Assembly (NCBI GenBank): GCA_902776565.1
Contig: CACYQN010000013.1
Span: forward strand, 71,357-135,356
Direction: 5' to 3'
Source of the DNA: an uncultured Bacteroidia bacterium
GTDB taxonomy: Bacteria; Bacteroidota; Bacteroidia; Bacteroidales; ML635J-15
Length of the DNA: 64,000 nt
Below the pieces are notes generated by a model, which saw only the letters and a list, made by a program, of their open reading frames with translations, made no database searches and was not told the origin of the DNA. The position numbers and the translations under genes are program-made. This document shows, piece by piece, positions 35,874 through 45,434 of the stretch. How positions within the stretch are numbered: the first letter of the stretch is position 1; each line of letters begins with the position of its first letter.

Positions 35874-38800
35874 TTATTCGTTAGTTTTCTCTTCCGAATC
35901 ATCCTTTATTTCAATCACAGGAGCTTTATTTTCTTCTTGTGGGAATTCATCTTCAGGCATTTCGATTTCGAAATCCTCGTCGGGGAACAATCCGCCATCC
36001 GAATCCTCTTCCACAAGGTTTATCTTAAGCTTCAAGATTTCTTCTTCCTGACGGGCGGTTTCCTCGGCCTCGAATATTGCCGACAATTTTTCCTCGGCCT
36101 CGTCCTTTATGCCGTCGGTCTCGTTGTCGTAGTTGCTAAGCACCGACTGCAGGGTGTGCTTTGCCGAGAAAATGTCCTCCTCGTCGAAATAAATCTGAGC
36201 CAGAAGTATATAGCTCTTTGCCAACCAGTAGGCGTGCGGTGTGCTCGACTGTGCAAAGTCGTAGATGATTTCCTCGGCTATGCTGTCGTTGCCATTCTCG
36301 TAGTTGATTGATGCCGTCATGAATTTCGATTCGGCACCTTCGTAGCTTACGACTTCCTGCGAAAGTTTTTCGTAGAGCGACAATGCACGCGACTTGTTGT
36401 CCTTAGCATAGAAAGCCTTTGCCATCTTGTACTGTGCCTCACGGACATTCTCCTCGTTGGACCTGTCGCTGTCGATTACGTCCTGAGCCGCCGTAATCAC
36501 ATTGTCGTAATTCTTAGCATTGTAGGCGCAGCGCAGACGACCGAGAACTGCCACCTGCTTGGTTGATTTGTTTTCGGCAATCGGGAACAGCTTGTTATAA
36601 TAATTATAGGAGTCTTCCCAGTTTTCCTTGTCGAAAAGCAACGATGCCGACTTTAAGGTGCTTTCTTCGGTATAGCTGTTTGTAGGAGCATCGGCAACTA
36701 CGCGGTAACTTCTCAAAGCATCATCCTTCTCGTCGAAGTAGAAATGCAGTTCTGCCTTGTAGTAGTTGGCCTCTATAACGTACTTGCCCTTGGGGAATTC
36801 ACCCAGATATTTTGTAATCGAGTTGAGTGCATCGCGGTATTTCTTGTCGATGTAGAGTTTCTTTGCTGCAAGCCAGATTATTTCGTCCTGCTCGTCCTTG
36901 CTGATTTCCACACCCGAACCTTCGCTGTTTGCGTACTCGATGTAAGCATCAGGCTTGTCGAGCTCGAGATAAATGGACTTAATCATGTCGTTAGCACTGC
37001 TGGCATCTTCGGTTCCTGGGAACTCCGCAATTACCTGCTTATAGTAGTTGAGCGCATTGTCGAAATGACGGCGGTTGAACTCGATTGCACCAAGGCTCGA
37101 AAGTGCGGTACTCTTGTTTGCTGAATGCGGATATTCTGCTATGAGCATCTCGTAGTAGTACTTTGCCGAATCCTCGACGTTGAGGTCGGTCTGGTATGCA
37201 CGGGCAATTCCGAACATTGCATTGCTGGCGTATTCCGAATTTGGATATTCGCGAAGCAGACGCTGCAAGGCACCAATCTTCTCGTTTGACATCTTAAGTC
37301 CGCCGTATGTGAGCGACAACTGGTAGAGGCTGTAGTCGGTCTCGACCATACCAATATTCACAGCTTTCTTGTAATATTCGGAAGCGGCAGTAAAGTCGCG
37401 GTTTATGTAGTAGCAGTCGGCGATACGGTTGTAGGTGTCGTTGATGACAACATTTTCGGTAGTATCGGCAATCTTCTCGTACTTGCGGAACCATGAATTT
37501 GCAACCGTGTATTGCTTCTTGTCGAAATATGCATAACCAAGATTATAGTGCGCACGTCCGTACTCTTCAAGGTTTATCGAACCTAATGCATTCACAAACT
37601 CCTTGAACTGGTCAACCGCCACATCAACGTTGCCGAGCCTGTAGTTGGCTTCGGCCTTCCAGTAATGTGCAAGCGATTCGAGGTCGCGGTTGTACTTGCC
37701 GTTGGCAATCGACTTGTCAAACATGTCTATTGCATCGGCATATTTCTGCGAGATGAACAATTCCTGTCCGCGTATGTAGGTCAGGCGCTGGTAAGCCATA
37801 TCGACCTTCGAGTTCTTGTAGTCGAGGCTTTCGATGGTTGCGATTGCACGCTGGTAGTTCTTTGCGCTCATGAAGGCATCGAGCAGATAGTCGTAGGCGG
37901 CTTCGGTGCGCGGACTATTCGGGTATTCCTGTATGTAGCGTGTGAACGCGCTTATCGCCTCGTTGAACGGCGACAGCGACAACTCGAAGCAAAGTTGTGC
38001 AAAGTTGAACAAGGCATCTTCCTTGATAACCTGATTGTAGTTGTACAGCGATGCCGTCTCGAATGCCCTGCGGGCTTCGAGTTTCTTGCCGGTCTTCAGG
38101 CAGCAGGCGCCCATAAGGTACGAAGCATTCTGCCCGATTGTGTCCTTGGTGCGTGTAATCTTTCCAAAATTCTTTGCAGCCTCGTCGTACTGACCAGTGG
38201 AATACTGTGCGTAACCAAGTTCGTAGTAGTCGAAATCGGTAGCCGACGAATTGGCTTCCATGTAGCGTTTCAGATAAGGAATTGCCTCGGCGTACTTCTT
38301 GGTGCGCACATACGACAGACCGACAATCTTTGCATTTTCGGGTGCCGCACCAACAAAGTCCTCGCCGTGTTCACCTGCATATTCAACAACCGAATTGTAA
38401 TCCTGCTGCATGTAGTAAATCTGCAATATGTAGAACGGCACAATCGACGAGAAAGTAGGGTGGTCCTGCAGTTTCTTGAATCCGATGAGCGCTGTCTGGT
38501 ACTGCTCGCTGATGTATTTTATGTGCGAATAGAAATACAACGACATAGTTCCATAAAGTCCGTCCTTGTCCTTTACCTCGTAGAATGCCTTTGCAGCCTC
38601 GTCGAAGTCCTTGCGGGCAAACAGGCAGTGACCTTTCTTGAAGAAATATTCGGTCTGGTCCTCCTCGTTGAGTTCGGTATATTGCACGCGCTTGTACCAA
38701 GCAAGGGCGTTTTTGTACTTCTTGTCGCGGTAATAGACATTTGCCATGGCAAACGAAGCCTCGTTGATGTTGTCGCTTTCGGGATGACTGACGGCAAAAT

Positions 38801-39077
38801 TGTTGAGCTGGTACTCGGCATCACGGTTGAACACATGCATCGAGCACATTGCGAAGTAGAAAGCGGCATCGTCGCGGTACTTCGAATTGTCGATGTCGGT
38901 GCTGTTCATTATCTTGAAAAATTCATTCTGCGCCGACACATACATTCCCTTGTCGTACAAGTCCTTGGCCTCGCGATAGGAATATTCCGCGCCAGTGTAT
39001 TTCATGGTCTTCTGCGCCGTGGCGGCAAAGGTCGCACACAGGATAAGAAGCAAAATCGCTATGTTCCTTAGTTTCAT
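35874..39077 (-). CDS. Large tetratricopeptide-repeat (TPR) protein
   Basis: Signal peptide plus many A/Y-rich TPR units ('AEANYRLGN', 'YNLGYAYFDKKQY' and others). The acidic C-terminal tail is probably disordered. Confidence 0.85.
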   Translation of the reverse strand: MKLRNIAILLLILCATFAATAQKTMKYTGAEYSYREAKDLYDKGMYVSAQNEFFKIMNSTDIDNSKYRDDAAFYFAMCSMHVFNRDAEYQLNNFAVSHPESDNINEASFAMANVYYRDKKYKNALAWYKRVQYTELNEEDQTEYFFKKGHCLFARKDFDEAAKAFYEVKDKDGLYGTMSLYFYSHIKYISEQYQTALIGFKKLQDHPTFSSIVPFYILQIYYMQQDYNSVVEYAGEHGEDFVGAAPENAKIVGLSYVRTKKYAEAIPYLKRYMEANSSATDFDYYELGYAQYSTGQYDEAAKNFGKITRTKDTIGQNASYLMGACCLKTGKKLEARRAFETASLYNYNQVIKEDALFNFAQLCFELSLSPFNEAISAFTRYIQEYPNSPRTEAAYDYLLDAFMSAKNYQRAIATIESLDYKNSKVDMAYQRLTYIRGQELFISQKYADAIDMFDKSIANGKYNRDLESLAHYWKAEANYRLGNVDVAVDQFKEFVNALGSINLEEYGRAHYNLGYAYFDKKQYTVANSWFRKYEKIADTTENVVINDTYNRIADCYYINRDFTAASEYYKKAVNIGMVETDYSLYQLSLTYGGLKMSNEKIGALQRLLREYPNSEYASNAMFGIARAYQTDLNVEDSAKYYYEMLIAEYPHSANKSTALSSLGAIEFNRRHFDNALNYYKQVIAEFPGTEDASSANDMIKSIYLELDKPDAYIEYANSEGSGVEISKDEQDEIIWLAAKKLYIDKKYRDALNSITKYLGEFPKGKYVIEANYYKAELHFYFDEKDDALRSYRVVADAPTNSYTEESTLKSASLLFDKENWEDSYNYYNKLFPIAENKSTKQVAVLGRLRCAYNAKNYDNVITAAQDVIDSDRSNEENVREAQYKMAKAFYAKDNKSRALSLYEKLSQEVVSYEGAESKFMTASINYENGNDSIAEEIIYDFAQSSTPHAYWLAKSYILLAQIYFDEEDIFSAKHTLQSVLSNYDNETDGIKDEAEEKLSAIFEAEETARQEEEILKLKINLVEEDSDGGLFPDEDFEIEMPEDEFPQEENKAPVIEIKDDSEEKTNE

Positions 39078-39253
39078 ATACACAGTAATATTTTTATAAT
39101 AACGTGTCTATCAATACAATATTGTCCAAATTTATCAAAAATCAAAGGTATGCTTTTTGTAAAGTCCAAAACAAATGCAATACCTCTTTTAATTAACACG
39201 ATGTTGTTTATTACTATCAATCATAATGTTGCGTATATTTGTGGGGCGAATAC

Positions 39254-39261
39254 TACTTTTG
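39254..39261 (+). promoter_or_regulatory. -7 box (TActTTTG) for the ftsE-like gene
   Basis: tacttttg lies 26 nt upstream of the ATG at 39287 and inside the track's extended ORF, which argues for the 39287 start. Confidence 0.5.
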
Positions 39262-39286
39262 TAAACTTACTTATACAAAAATAATT

Positions 39287-40264
39287 ATGGACGAAAATAG
39301 CACTCTGCTCGTTGATGTCAAGGGCTTGAACGTTTATCAGGAAGACAAGCTTATATTGCAAAACGTGAATATGCATGTCGATGTCGGCGAGTTTGTTTAC
39401 CTCATAGGAAAGGTCGGAAGCGGAAAAAGCAGCCTCCTCAAGACCTTGTATTGTGAACTTCCGGTAGCCGAAGGCGAAGTTAGTGTCGTTGGATACGACC
39501 TCAAGAAGATAAAGAACAGCAAGATTCCGATGCTACGCCGCAAAATCGGTATGGTTTTCCAGGATTTTGAACTGATGAACGACCGTTCCGTGTATGAAAA
39601 TCTGCGCTTTGTTCTTCGTGCAACAGGCTGGAAGGACAAGCAGGAAATAGAGACTCGCATAAACGAGGTGCTCAAGAGCGTTGGAATGCTTGACAAGAAG
39701 ATGTCGATGCCTGCACAGCTTTCGGGTGGTGAACGCCAGTCGGTAAGCGTGGCACGCGCACTGCTCAACAATCCGCCGATAATCTTTGCCGACGAGCCTA
39801 CAGGCAACCTCGACCCCGAAAGTGCCGACGTAATTGTGAATTTGCTATACAAGCTCTGCGAATCTGGCAAATCGGTGCTGATGGTAACCCACAACCACGG
39901 ATTTTTCCGCAAATATGCCGGCAGAATCTACACCTTCGGCAACCAGACCGTAACCGAACAGGGCGACAACAAGATTGCAATCGCAATCGACGACCTCGAC
40001 GATATGGAAACACCTGCGGTGGAAGCATTTGAAACAGAAATAGATTCAAATGTACAGACGCAAAATTTTGCGTCTCAATCAGAAGAACATCAGAGCGCCC
40101 CTTCGACTGACCCTTCGGCTGACGCTCAGGGTGCAGCTCAGGATGCTACTCAGGGTACGCAGGGAGAGGAAGCTCAGAGCGAATATCCAGAAATAAATTC
40201 AGATAATGTACAGACGCAAAATTTTGCGTCTCAATCAGAAAATCAATCAGAAAATATAGAATAA
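39287..40264 (+). CDS. ftsE: FtsE-like ABC transporter ATP-binding protein with a repeat-derived C-terminal extension of about 100 aa
   Basis: 'GKVGSGKSSLLK', 'IPMLRRKIGMVFQDFELM', 'LSGGERQSVSVARAL', 'IIFADEPTGNLD'. The tail holds two 'NVQTQNFASQSE' copies. Confidence 0.8.
   Translation: MDENSTLLVDVKGLNVYQEDKLILQNVNMHVDVGEFVYLIGKVGSGKSSLLKTLYCELPVAEGEVSVVGYDLKKIKNSKIPMLRRKIGMVFQDFELMNDRSVYENLRFVLRATGWKDKQEIETRINEVLKSVGMLDKKMSMPAQLSGGERQSVSVARALLNNPPIIFADEPTGNLDPESADVIVNLLYKLCESGKSVLMVTHNHGFFRKYAGRIYTFGNQTVTEQGDNKIAIAIDDLDDMETPAVEAFETEIDSNVQTQNFASQSEEHQSAPSTDPSADAQGAAQDATQGTQGEEAQSEYPEINSDNVQTQNFASQSENQSENIE
40049..40084. repeat. 36-bp repeat containing the 20-bp perfect palindrome agacgcaaaattttgcgtct (copy 1, intragenic)
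   Basis: Identical to 40205-40240; palindrome at 40056-40075. Confidence 0.9.
40205..40240. repeat. 36-bp repeat with the 20-bp palindrome (copy 2, intragenic)
   Basis: Identical to 40049-40084; palindrome at 40212-40231. Confidence 0.9.
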
Positions 40265-41088
40265 TGAAAAGAGTATTTTTCTACATCATCGCATTATCAT
40301 GCATCTCAATGTTTTTTGCATCATGCAAAAACGAAAACATAGAAGCCGACAACAAACCAGCATCCACCGCCGAATGTGGCGAAAGCGACCACCTTATTAA
40401 CGCAACGCTGTGGATGCAGCATTCAGCCGAATACCGCGCCTGCTGTCTGCAGACCTACAAGCTTGCCAAGGTTGCTCTTGCCGAAAATCTGAAGGCAAAG
40501 CAGACCGACAAGCCAGCCGCCGTCGTACTCGATATCGACGAGACCGTACTCGACAATTCATACTACGAAGCATACATGGCTGCCGAAGCGACTTCGTTCT
40601 GTGACTCCACTTGGTCAATATGGACATCGAAAGCCGATGCAACCGAAGTCCCCGGTGCCATCGACTTCTTGAAATACGCGCAGTCGCTCGGCGTGGAGAT
40701 AATATTCATATCGAACCGATACCCCGAAGAACTTGAGCCTACGATGGCAAACATGAAAAAACTCGGTTTCCCCGAAGTTCCTGCCGAAAATTTCCTTATG
40801 AAACAAAAGGATGCTTCGAGTTGCAAGAAGGAACGCCGCGAGAAAGTTTCTGAAAAGTATGAAATCATCATGCTTGTAGGCGACAATATGGGCGACCACT
40901 CCGAAATCTTCGACGAGCGCAAAACAAAGGGCGACATGCTTGCCGAAACCGATGGAATCATCGACTTGCTTGGTACTCGCTACATTGTTCTGCCAAATCC
41001 GACATACGGCACTTGGGAGAAACCGATTCTCGCCGACAAGGAAAAGACCGCACGTCAGAACCGTATCAACGCTCTCAAAACCTTCTAA
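40264..41088 (+). CDS. 5'-nucleotidase / class C acid phosphatase, lipoprotein e(P4) family (HAD superfamily)
   Basis: Lipobox 'FFASC'; 'VVLDIDETVLDNS'; 'LVGDNMGD'. Confidence 0.85.
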   Translation: MKRVFFYIIALSCISMFFASCKNENIEADNKPASTAECGESDHLINATLWMQHSAEYRACCLQTYKLAKVALAENLKAKQTDKPAAVVLDIDETVLDNSYYEAYMAAEATSFCDSTWSIWTSKADATEVPGAIDFLKYAQSLGVEIIFISNRYPEELEPTMANMKKLGFPEVPAENFLMKQKDASSCKKERREKVSEKYEIIMLVGDNMGDHSEIFDERKTKGDMLAETDGIIDLLGTRYIVLPNPTYGTWEKPILADKEKTARQNRINALKTF

Positions 41089-41103
41089 ACTTCATTTCGA
41101 CCG

Positions 41104-42465
41104 ATGCACAAGTTTCTAACACTTGAAGGAATACTTCTCATTATTGGGTATTTGGTATTGGCATTCCTGATAGTGTGGTTTATCTCGCTCTTCAAGTACA
41201 AGAACGACGACGAAACTAGGCGATATTTCTTCTTGGGCTTCGGCTTCAAGATGGCTTGCTGCCTAGGCTATGCCCTCATCTACGACTTTTACTATGGATG
41301 GGCTGGCGACACATATATATATTATCTGTCATCACAGCGGTTGGGTATGGTACTTTTTCAAGACCCTGCATCATATTTTAGGATAATATTTGACACGATA
41401 GATAGTAACAACATAAATACGCTTGCATCAGGACTTGCATATTATCCAGTATTGCGCGACCCGTCAAGATATGCAGTTCATCGCTTTTTATCCCCATTTG
41501 CAATTATGGGTGGGGCAAACTATTATACAGTAAATATCTGCCTTTCAGTTTTTCTATTTTTACTCAATTGGAAATTTTTCCAGTACATACGCACAAAAAT
41601 CAATTGCTCGGACAAGGCTGCTTTCATTTGTGTGATGCTTATCCCATCAGTTGGTTTCTGGAGCTCGGCTCTTATGAAGGATAGCTTTACATTTACTTTC
41701 AACCTTGTGTTCATAATGTGCTTTGCAAAACTTTTCTTCGATAGGAAAATCAGGATTTCGACCATATTCGGACTTATTTTCAGTGCGTATGTATTAATGG
41801 AACTGAAGGTTTACATTCTTTATGCTTCTATTGCTGCATGTATGGTATGGCTAGGAAGCGGATATCTGAAGAAGGTAAAAAGCACACTTTTCAAATTTGT
41901 TGTTGCGCCGATACTTGTGCTGATAATTGCACTTGGCGGAATGTATGCACTTAGTTTTGTAGGCAGTAATGTCGGCGGGCACTATGGTAATGTCGATTCA
42001 ATGCTCAGTCAGGCAAGTGTTACTCAACAGGACTTGAAGCAGGAATACTATCACGGACATTCTTTCGACATCGGCAACTTCGACGGCTCGCTAGGCAGCC
42101 TCATAAGTATGGGTCCTAAGGCTATAGTCGCCGGATTGTATCGGCCGTTTATTTTTGAGAGTGGTAATGCTGTGATGCTTTTGTCAGGACTGGAAAACAC
42201 TGCACTTTTGCTACTTACACTTTATGTGTTCTTTAAAGCCGGTGTGAAATACACAATTAAGCAAATTTTAGGCAATCCGTTTGTAAGCATGTGCCTGTTG
42301 TTCTCTGTTGTGCTCGCACTTGGCATAGGTATTTCCACCTCCAACTTTGGAGCCTTGGTAAGATTCAAGATTCCGCTCATTCCTTTCTTCGCTCTAGGCT
42401 GGCTCGAAATTCTGTTTACAAAGCGTAAAGAAGCGGAACTAGCCAAAACGGAAGAAAACGAGTAG
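41104..42465 (+). CDS. Polytopic integral membrane protein, function unknown
   Basis: About 10 or more hydrophobic helices. No family recognised. Confidence 0.6.
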   Translation: MHKFLTLEGILLIIGYLVLAFLIVWFISLFKYKNDDETRRYFFLGFGFKMACCLGYALIYDFYYGWAGDTYIYYLSSQRLGMVLFQDPASYFRIIFDTIDSNNINTLASGLAYYPVLRDPSRYAVHRFLSPFAIMGGANYYTVNICLSVFLFLLNWKFFQYIRTKINCSDKAAFICVMLIPSVGFWSSALMKDSFTFTFNLVFIMCFAKLFFDRKIRISTIFGLIFSAYVLMELKVYILYASIAACMVWLGSGYLKKVKSTLFKFVVAPILVLIIALGGMYALSFVGSNVGGHYGNVDSMLSQASVTQQDLKQEYYHGHSFDIGNFDGSLGSLISMGPKAIVAGLYRPFIFESGNAVMLLSGLENTALLLLTLYVFFKAGVKYTIKQILGNPFVSMCLLFSVVLALGIGISTSNFGALVRFKIPLIPFFALGWLEILFTKRKEAELAKTEENE

Positions 42466-42466
42466 C

Positions 42467-42898
42467 TTAATCCACTCGAATCATGTCCTTTTCAAAGTCG
42501 CTGTGGAAATTCATGTTTTGCAGTTTCCATACCTTGTCGGGGCGGTACATGGTCACGACAAATTCAACTGGCTGTCTGTCGTACTTGAGAACATATACGT
42601 ATTTCGCATACGACTCTCCGAGATAATACTTTCCAGCTAGTTCATATCCATTGAAATTTCCTAACAGTTTGCGCGAAGCCTCGAACTTTTCCTTCATTGC
42701 TGTAGTGCCGTCCTTGTTTGCTTCTAGCCACTCATTTGTGGAGAACAAGTAGTCGATAGCTTGGTTCACATCGTTGTTGAACATGGCAAAAAACTTCGAC
42801 ATGATGTCTTCGGGTGTATTCTGAGTCTGCGCCTTGGCGGTCGTGCCACCAGCCAGCATTGCGACTACAGCTACGATTATGATTAATGTCCTTTTCAT
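42467..42898 (-). CDS. Hypothetical secreted protein
   Basis: Signal peptide 'MKRTLIIIVAVVAMLAGGTTAKAQ'. No family recognised. Confidence 0.55.
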   Translation of the reverse strand: MKRTLIIIVAVVAMLAGGTTAKAQTQNTPEDIMSKFFAMFNNDVNQAIDYLFSTNEWLEANKDGTTAMKEKFEASRKLLGNFNGYELAGKYYLGESYAKYVYVLKYDRQPVEFVVTMYRPDKVWKLQNMNFHSDFEKDMIRVD

Positions 42899-42959
42899 CG
42901 TTGTGAATGTTTTATTTTGAATGCAAAGTTAGAAAACAAAATTGAATCCTTGAATCTTT

Positions 42960-43763
42960 TTACGCCTGCAACCACTTGTATTTTGCCAAACTATATATTG
43001 GCAGAAGCGGTATAAGAATTGGAGTTTTCTTCACATACACCTGATATTCCGGGTCGTTGGCATAGACTTCGTTCTGCCTGAGTTCCAATCTTCTTGCTCC
43101 GCTGAACATAACATACAAAATGCCTGCATATCCAATTGCGGCAATCACCCACTGCCATACGCAAAGGCTTGCGCCTATTCCGCTCAACAATGCGCCAGTC
43201 CATATCACGACCTCGCCCAAGTAGTTGGGACAACGAACAATACGGTAAAGTCCCGTATCAACAAAACGCTTCGGATTGCGCTTCTTGGCGGCATTCTTCT
43301 GTGCATCGCTGAGGGCTTCGAGCAATATTCCGCAAAGCATTACACCTGCACCTATCCACGCCCAAAGGTCGCAGACTGGCAGTCCTTCGGCGGTATTCGC
43401 CAGACGGAAAGCAACCGGACTTACCTGTGCGACATAAAGTATCGCACAGAACAACCATACGCTAACAATCACACCAATAGGCTTTTTCTTCTGCAACGAC
43501 GGGTCGTAAAGGATTTTGCGGTAAGCTGCCGCCTTGCGTTCTCGCACAAGCAGATAGGTTCCCAACCTGCAGCCGAACACGAAAAACAAGGCACAAAGTG
43601 CTATTGTCGGTAGCGATACAGCACCACCAAACATTACTACCATTGCAACTGCAAGAGCAGCAACGCCATATCCATAACCCAAACTAAAGAAATAGATGAA
43701 ATATTTCCATCCTACAGCCGAAACTGCGAGCGAAATTGCCAATAAGATAAGTAGATACATCAT
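42960..43763 (-). CDS. DUF1295 / steroid-5-alpha-reductase-like membrane protein
   Basis: 'GLYRIVRCPNYLGEVVIWTG' motif, multi-TM. Confidence 0.75.
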   Translation of the reverse strand: MMYLLILLAISLAVSAVGWKYFIYFFSLGYGYGVAALAVAMVVMFGGAVSLPTIALCALFFVFGCRLGTYLLVRERKAAAYRKILYDPSLQKKKPIGVIVSVWLFCAILYVAQVSPVAFRLANTAEGLPVCDLWAWIGAGVMLCGILLEALSDAQKNAAKKRNPKRFVDTGLYRIVRCPNYLGEVVIWTGALLSGIGASLCVWQWVIAAIGYAGILYVMFSGARRLELRQNEVYANDPEYQVYVKKTPILIPLLPIYSLAKYKWLQA

Positions 43764-43820
43764 AGTGTTATATTTTATTTTTCCTGCGGCAAAATTAATG
43801 CCATTAATCGTTTCAAAATA

Positions 43821-44672
43821 TCAATAATTTACCTTCACGCTAACACTTCCCGATTCCTCATCTTCACCGGCGTAATAATTATATTCGTATTCGATGCCGG
43901 TTACACGCTGGTAATCGTCAACAGTGTAGGTATATTTTATTATGGAGGTCGCCATTATCATGTGAGCGTCGCTATAGATATTTGTCTTACTTTCCATAGG
44001 CATAAACTTGGAAACCATTCCCTTCGGGGCAACCGATGCCGCACCAGGGAGAAATCCCGACTCTTCGGCAAACGCCAGCACATCAATGTTTGGACGGTCA
44101 ACATCGCCATATTTGTAGAAAGTGCTGTCGAATGAGAACGACTCGTCGCACGAGGGTGAAAATACCTTTATAATATTTACATTTCCGCCATCCCACAAAT
44201 AGCTGTTGCCGCAGTCCATTTCGTCGATACACTCGCTAAGCTTGCCCGACTTGTACTTGTAGCGTTGCACAATGCCTTCGCCTTCGGAAATGTATTCCGA
44301 CTTCTTCACAAAGCCGTCGCCATCCAAGGTGAGTTCCAGTTTTTTCATCGCGCCTTCGCAGGTTATGATGCCGTCGCCATAAACTACTGAGGCTTCCGAC
44401 AACCACTCGTCATCGGTACCGATGTTGCGGCGGGTAGTGGTCTTTATCAGTCGGTCTAGCTCATCATATTCAAAGGTTACCTTGCTATCTACAGCACCAT
44501 CCTGATTGATTTCTATGCTTTTCACAAGGAATGACGGTTCTTCCACGACTTCCTCCACTATGCTGTCGGTTGCCTCGACTTGCGGTTCTTCGGTTTTGTT
44601 TTCCTTAGAGCCACCGCAGGAAGCAAAAAGGACTGCTACAAATACAAAAAAAGCGAAATGATTTATTTTCAT
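43821..44672 (-). CDS. Hypothetical lipoprotein (283 aa), paralog of 45435..46286
   Basis: Lipobox 'LFASC'. Shared 'LVKSIE...F(E/K)YD(E/D)..RLI' pattern and identical length. Confidence 0.6.
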   Translation of the reverse strand: MKINHFAFFVFVAVLFASCGGSKENKTEEPQVEATDSIVEEVVEEPSFLVKSIEINQDGAVDSKVTFEYDELDRLIKTTTRRNIGTDDEWLSEASVVYGDGIITCEGAMKKLELTLDGDGFVKKSEYISEGEGIVQRYKYKSGKLSECIDEMDCGNSYLWDGGNVNIIKVFSPSCDESFSFDSTFYKYGDVDRPNIDVLAFAEESGFLPGAASVAPKGMVSKFMPMESKTNIYSDAHMIMATSIIKYTYTVDDYQRVTGIEYEYNYYAGEDEESGSVSVKVNY

Positions 44673-44674
44673 TC

Positions 44675-45409
44675 TTACAAATTAATAATTGTTATAGGAG
44701 TTTCTACATAACCTGTAATCTTAGAACCGCTTTCGTCAAGGCAATCAACTTCAATAATGTAGTTGTTACCTTCTTTAGAAACGAAAACATATCCTGAATT
44801 TGCTTCTCTCTCCATAGCGGTGCCTGTAGAATAGTTGTAATTAATGTACGCTTCAACATTTTCACATGTTCCTAATGTAGCATAAACATTGTTGCTAATC
44901 ATATAAGTACCTATCTCAAAAGATGTTGCATATAAGATTATTCCAAGTGCAGAGCCATTGCCTAAAAAACGGTCATAGTTTTGGTTAAAATGTATTTCGC
45001 CATTTAGTAAATAAATCTCATAAACATTTCCATCAACAGATTCACTACATAAAACGACAACATTATTCACAGGATAATGCGTATTGCTGACAACAAACTC
45101 GTTAGGGCGTTTTACAGTCAAGGTCATATTATATGAACTTGAATTTTTCTTTGTGCTTGCAATAAGAGTAACCGTGTAGGTGCCTGCACTTTCGTATGAA
45201 TGAATTGGATTGACCTCCGAAGATGTTTTGCCATCGCCGAAATCCCACTGGTAAGTGTCTGCATCGCTTGACTGATTAGTAAAAGAAACGACATCGCCAA
45301 CATAAATTTCGGTCTTGTCAACAGTAAATAATGAAGTTGGTTCTTTTGCACAACTTCCCAAAATTATGGCTGCTATTGCCATCAAAATTGCTATTCTTAT
45401 ACTTTTCAT
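44675..45409 (-). CDS. PKD-domain lipoprotein
   Basis: Lipobox 'ILGSC'. 'VSFTNQSSDADTYQWDFGDGKTSSEVNPIHSYESAGTYTVTL' is a PKD signature. Confidence 0.7.
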   Translation of the reverse strand: MKSIRIAILMAIAAIILGSCAKEPTSLFTVDKTEIYVGDVVSFTNQSSDADTYQWDFGDGKTSSEVNPIHSYESAGTYTVTLIASTKKNSSSYNMTLTVKRPNEFVVSNTHYPVNNVVVLCSESVDGNVYEIYLLNGEIHFNQNYDRFLGNGSALGIILYATSFEIGTYMISNNVYATLGTCENVEAYINYNYSTGTAMEREANSGYVFVSKEGNNYIIEVDCLDESGSKITGYVETPITIINL

Positions 45410-45434
45410 TTTTAATAATTTTTGTTCTACTTAT

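Noticed and set aside
37665-39071. 468-aa plus-strand ORF antisense to the TPR gene. The same applies to 47184..48194(+), 48303..48989(+), 12819..14081(-), 53296..54066(-), 56112..56861(-) and 63046..63894(-).
   Set aside because: Each lies opposite a gene with clear family signatures (TPR, pgm, uppP/truB, carbonic anhydrase, pepD, C69). Their products are Val/Leu/Arg/His-rich, as is typical of antisense translation.
39990-40264. Is the ftsE tail evidence of a frameshift, making this a pseudogene?
   Set aside because: The ATPase core is intact with all motifs, and the frame simply continues to a stop that overlaps the next start. There is no sign of disruption. It is treated as an extension, not a pseudogene.
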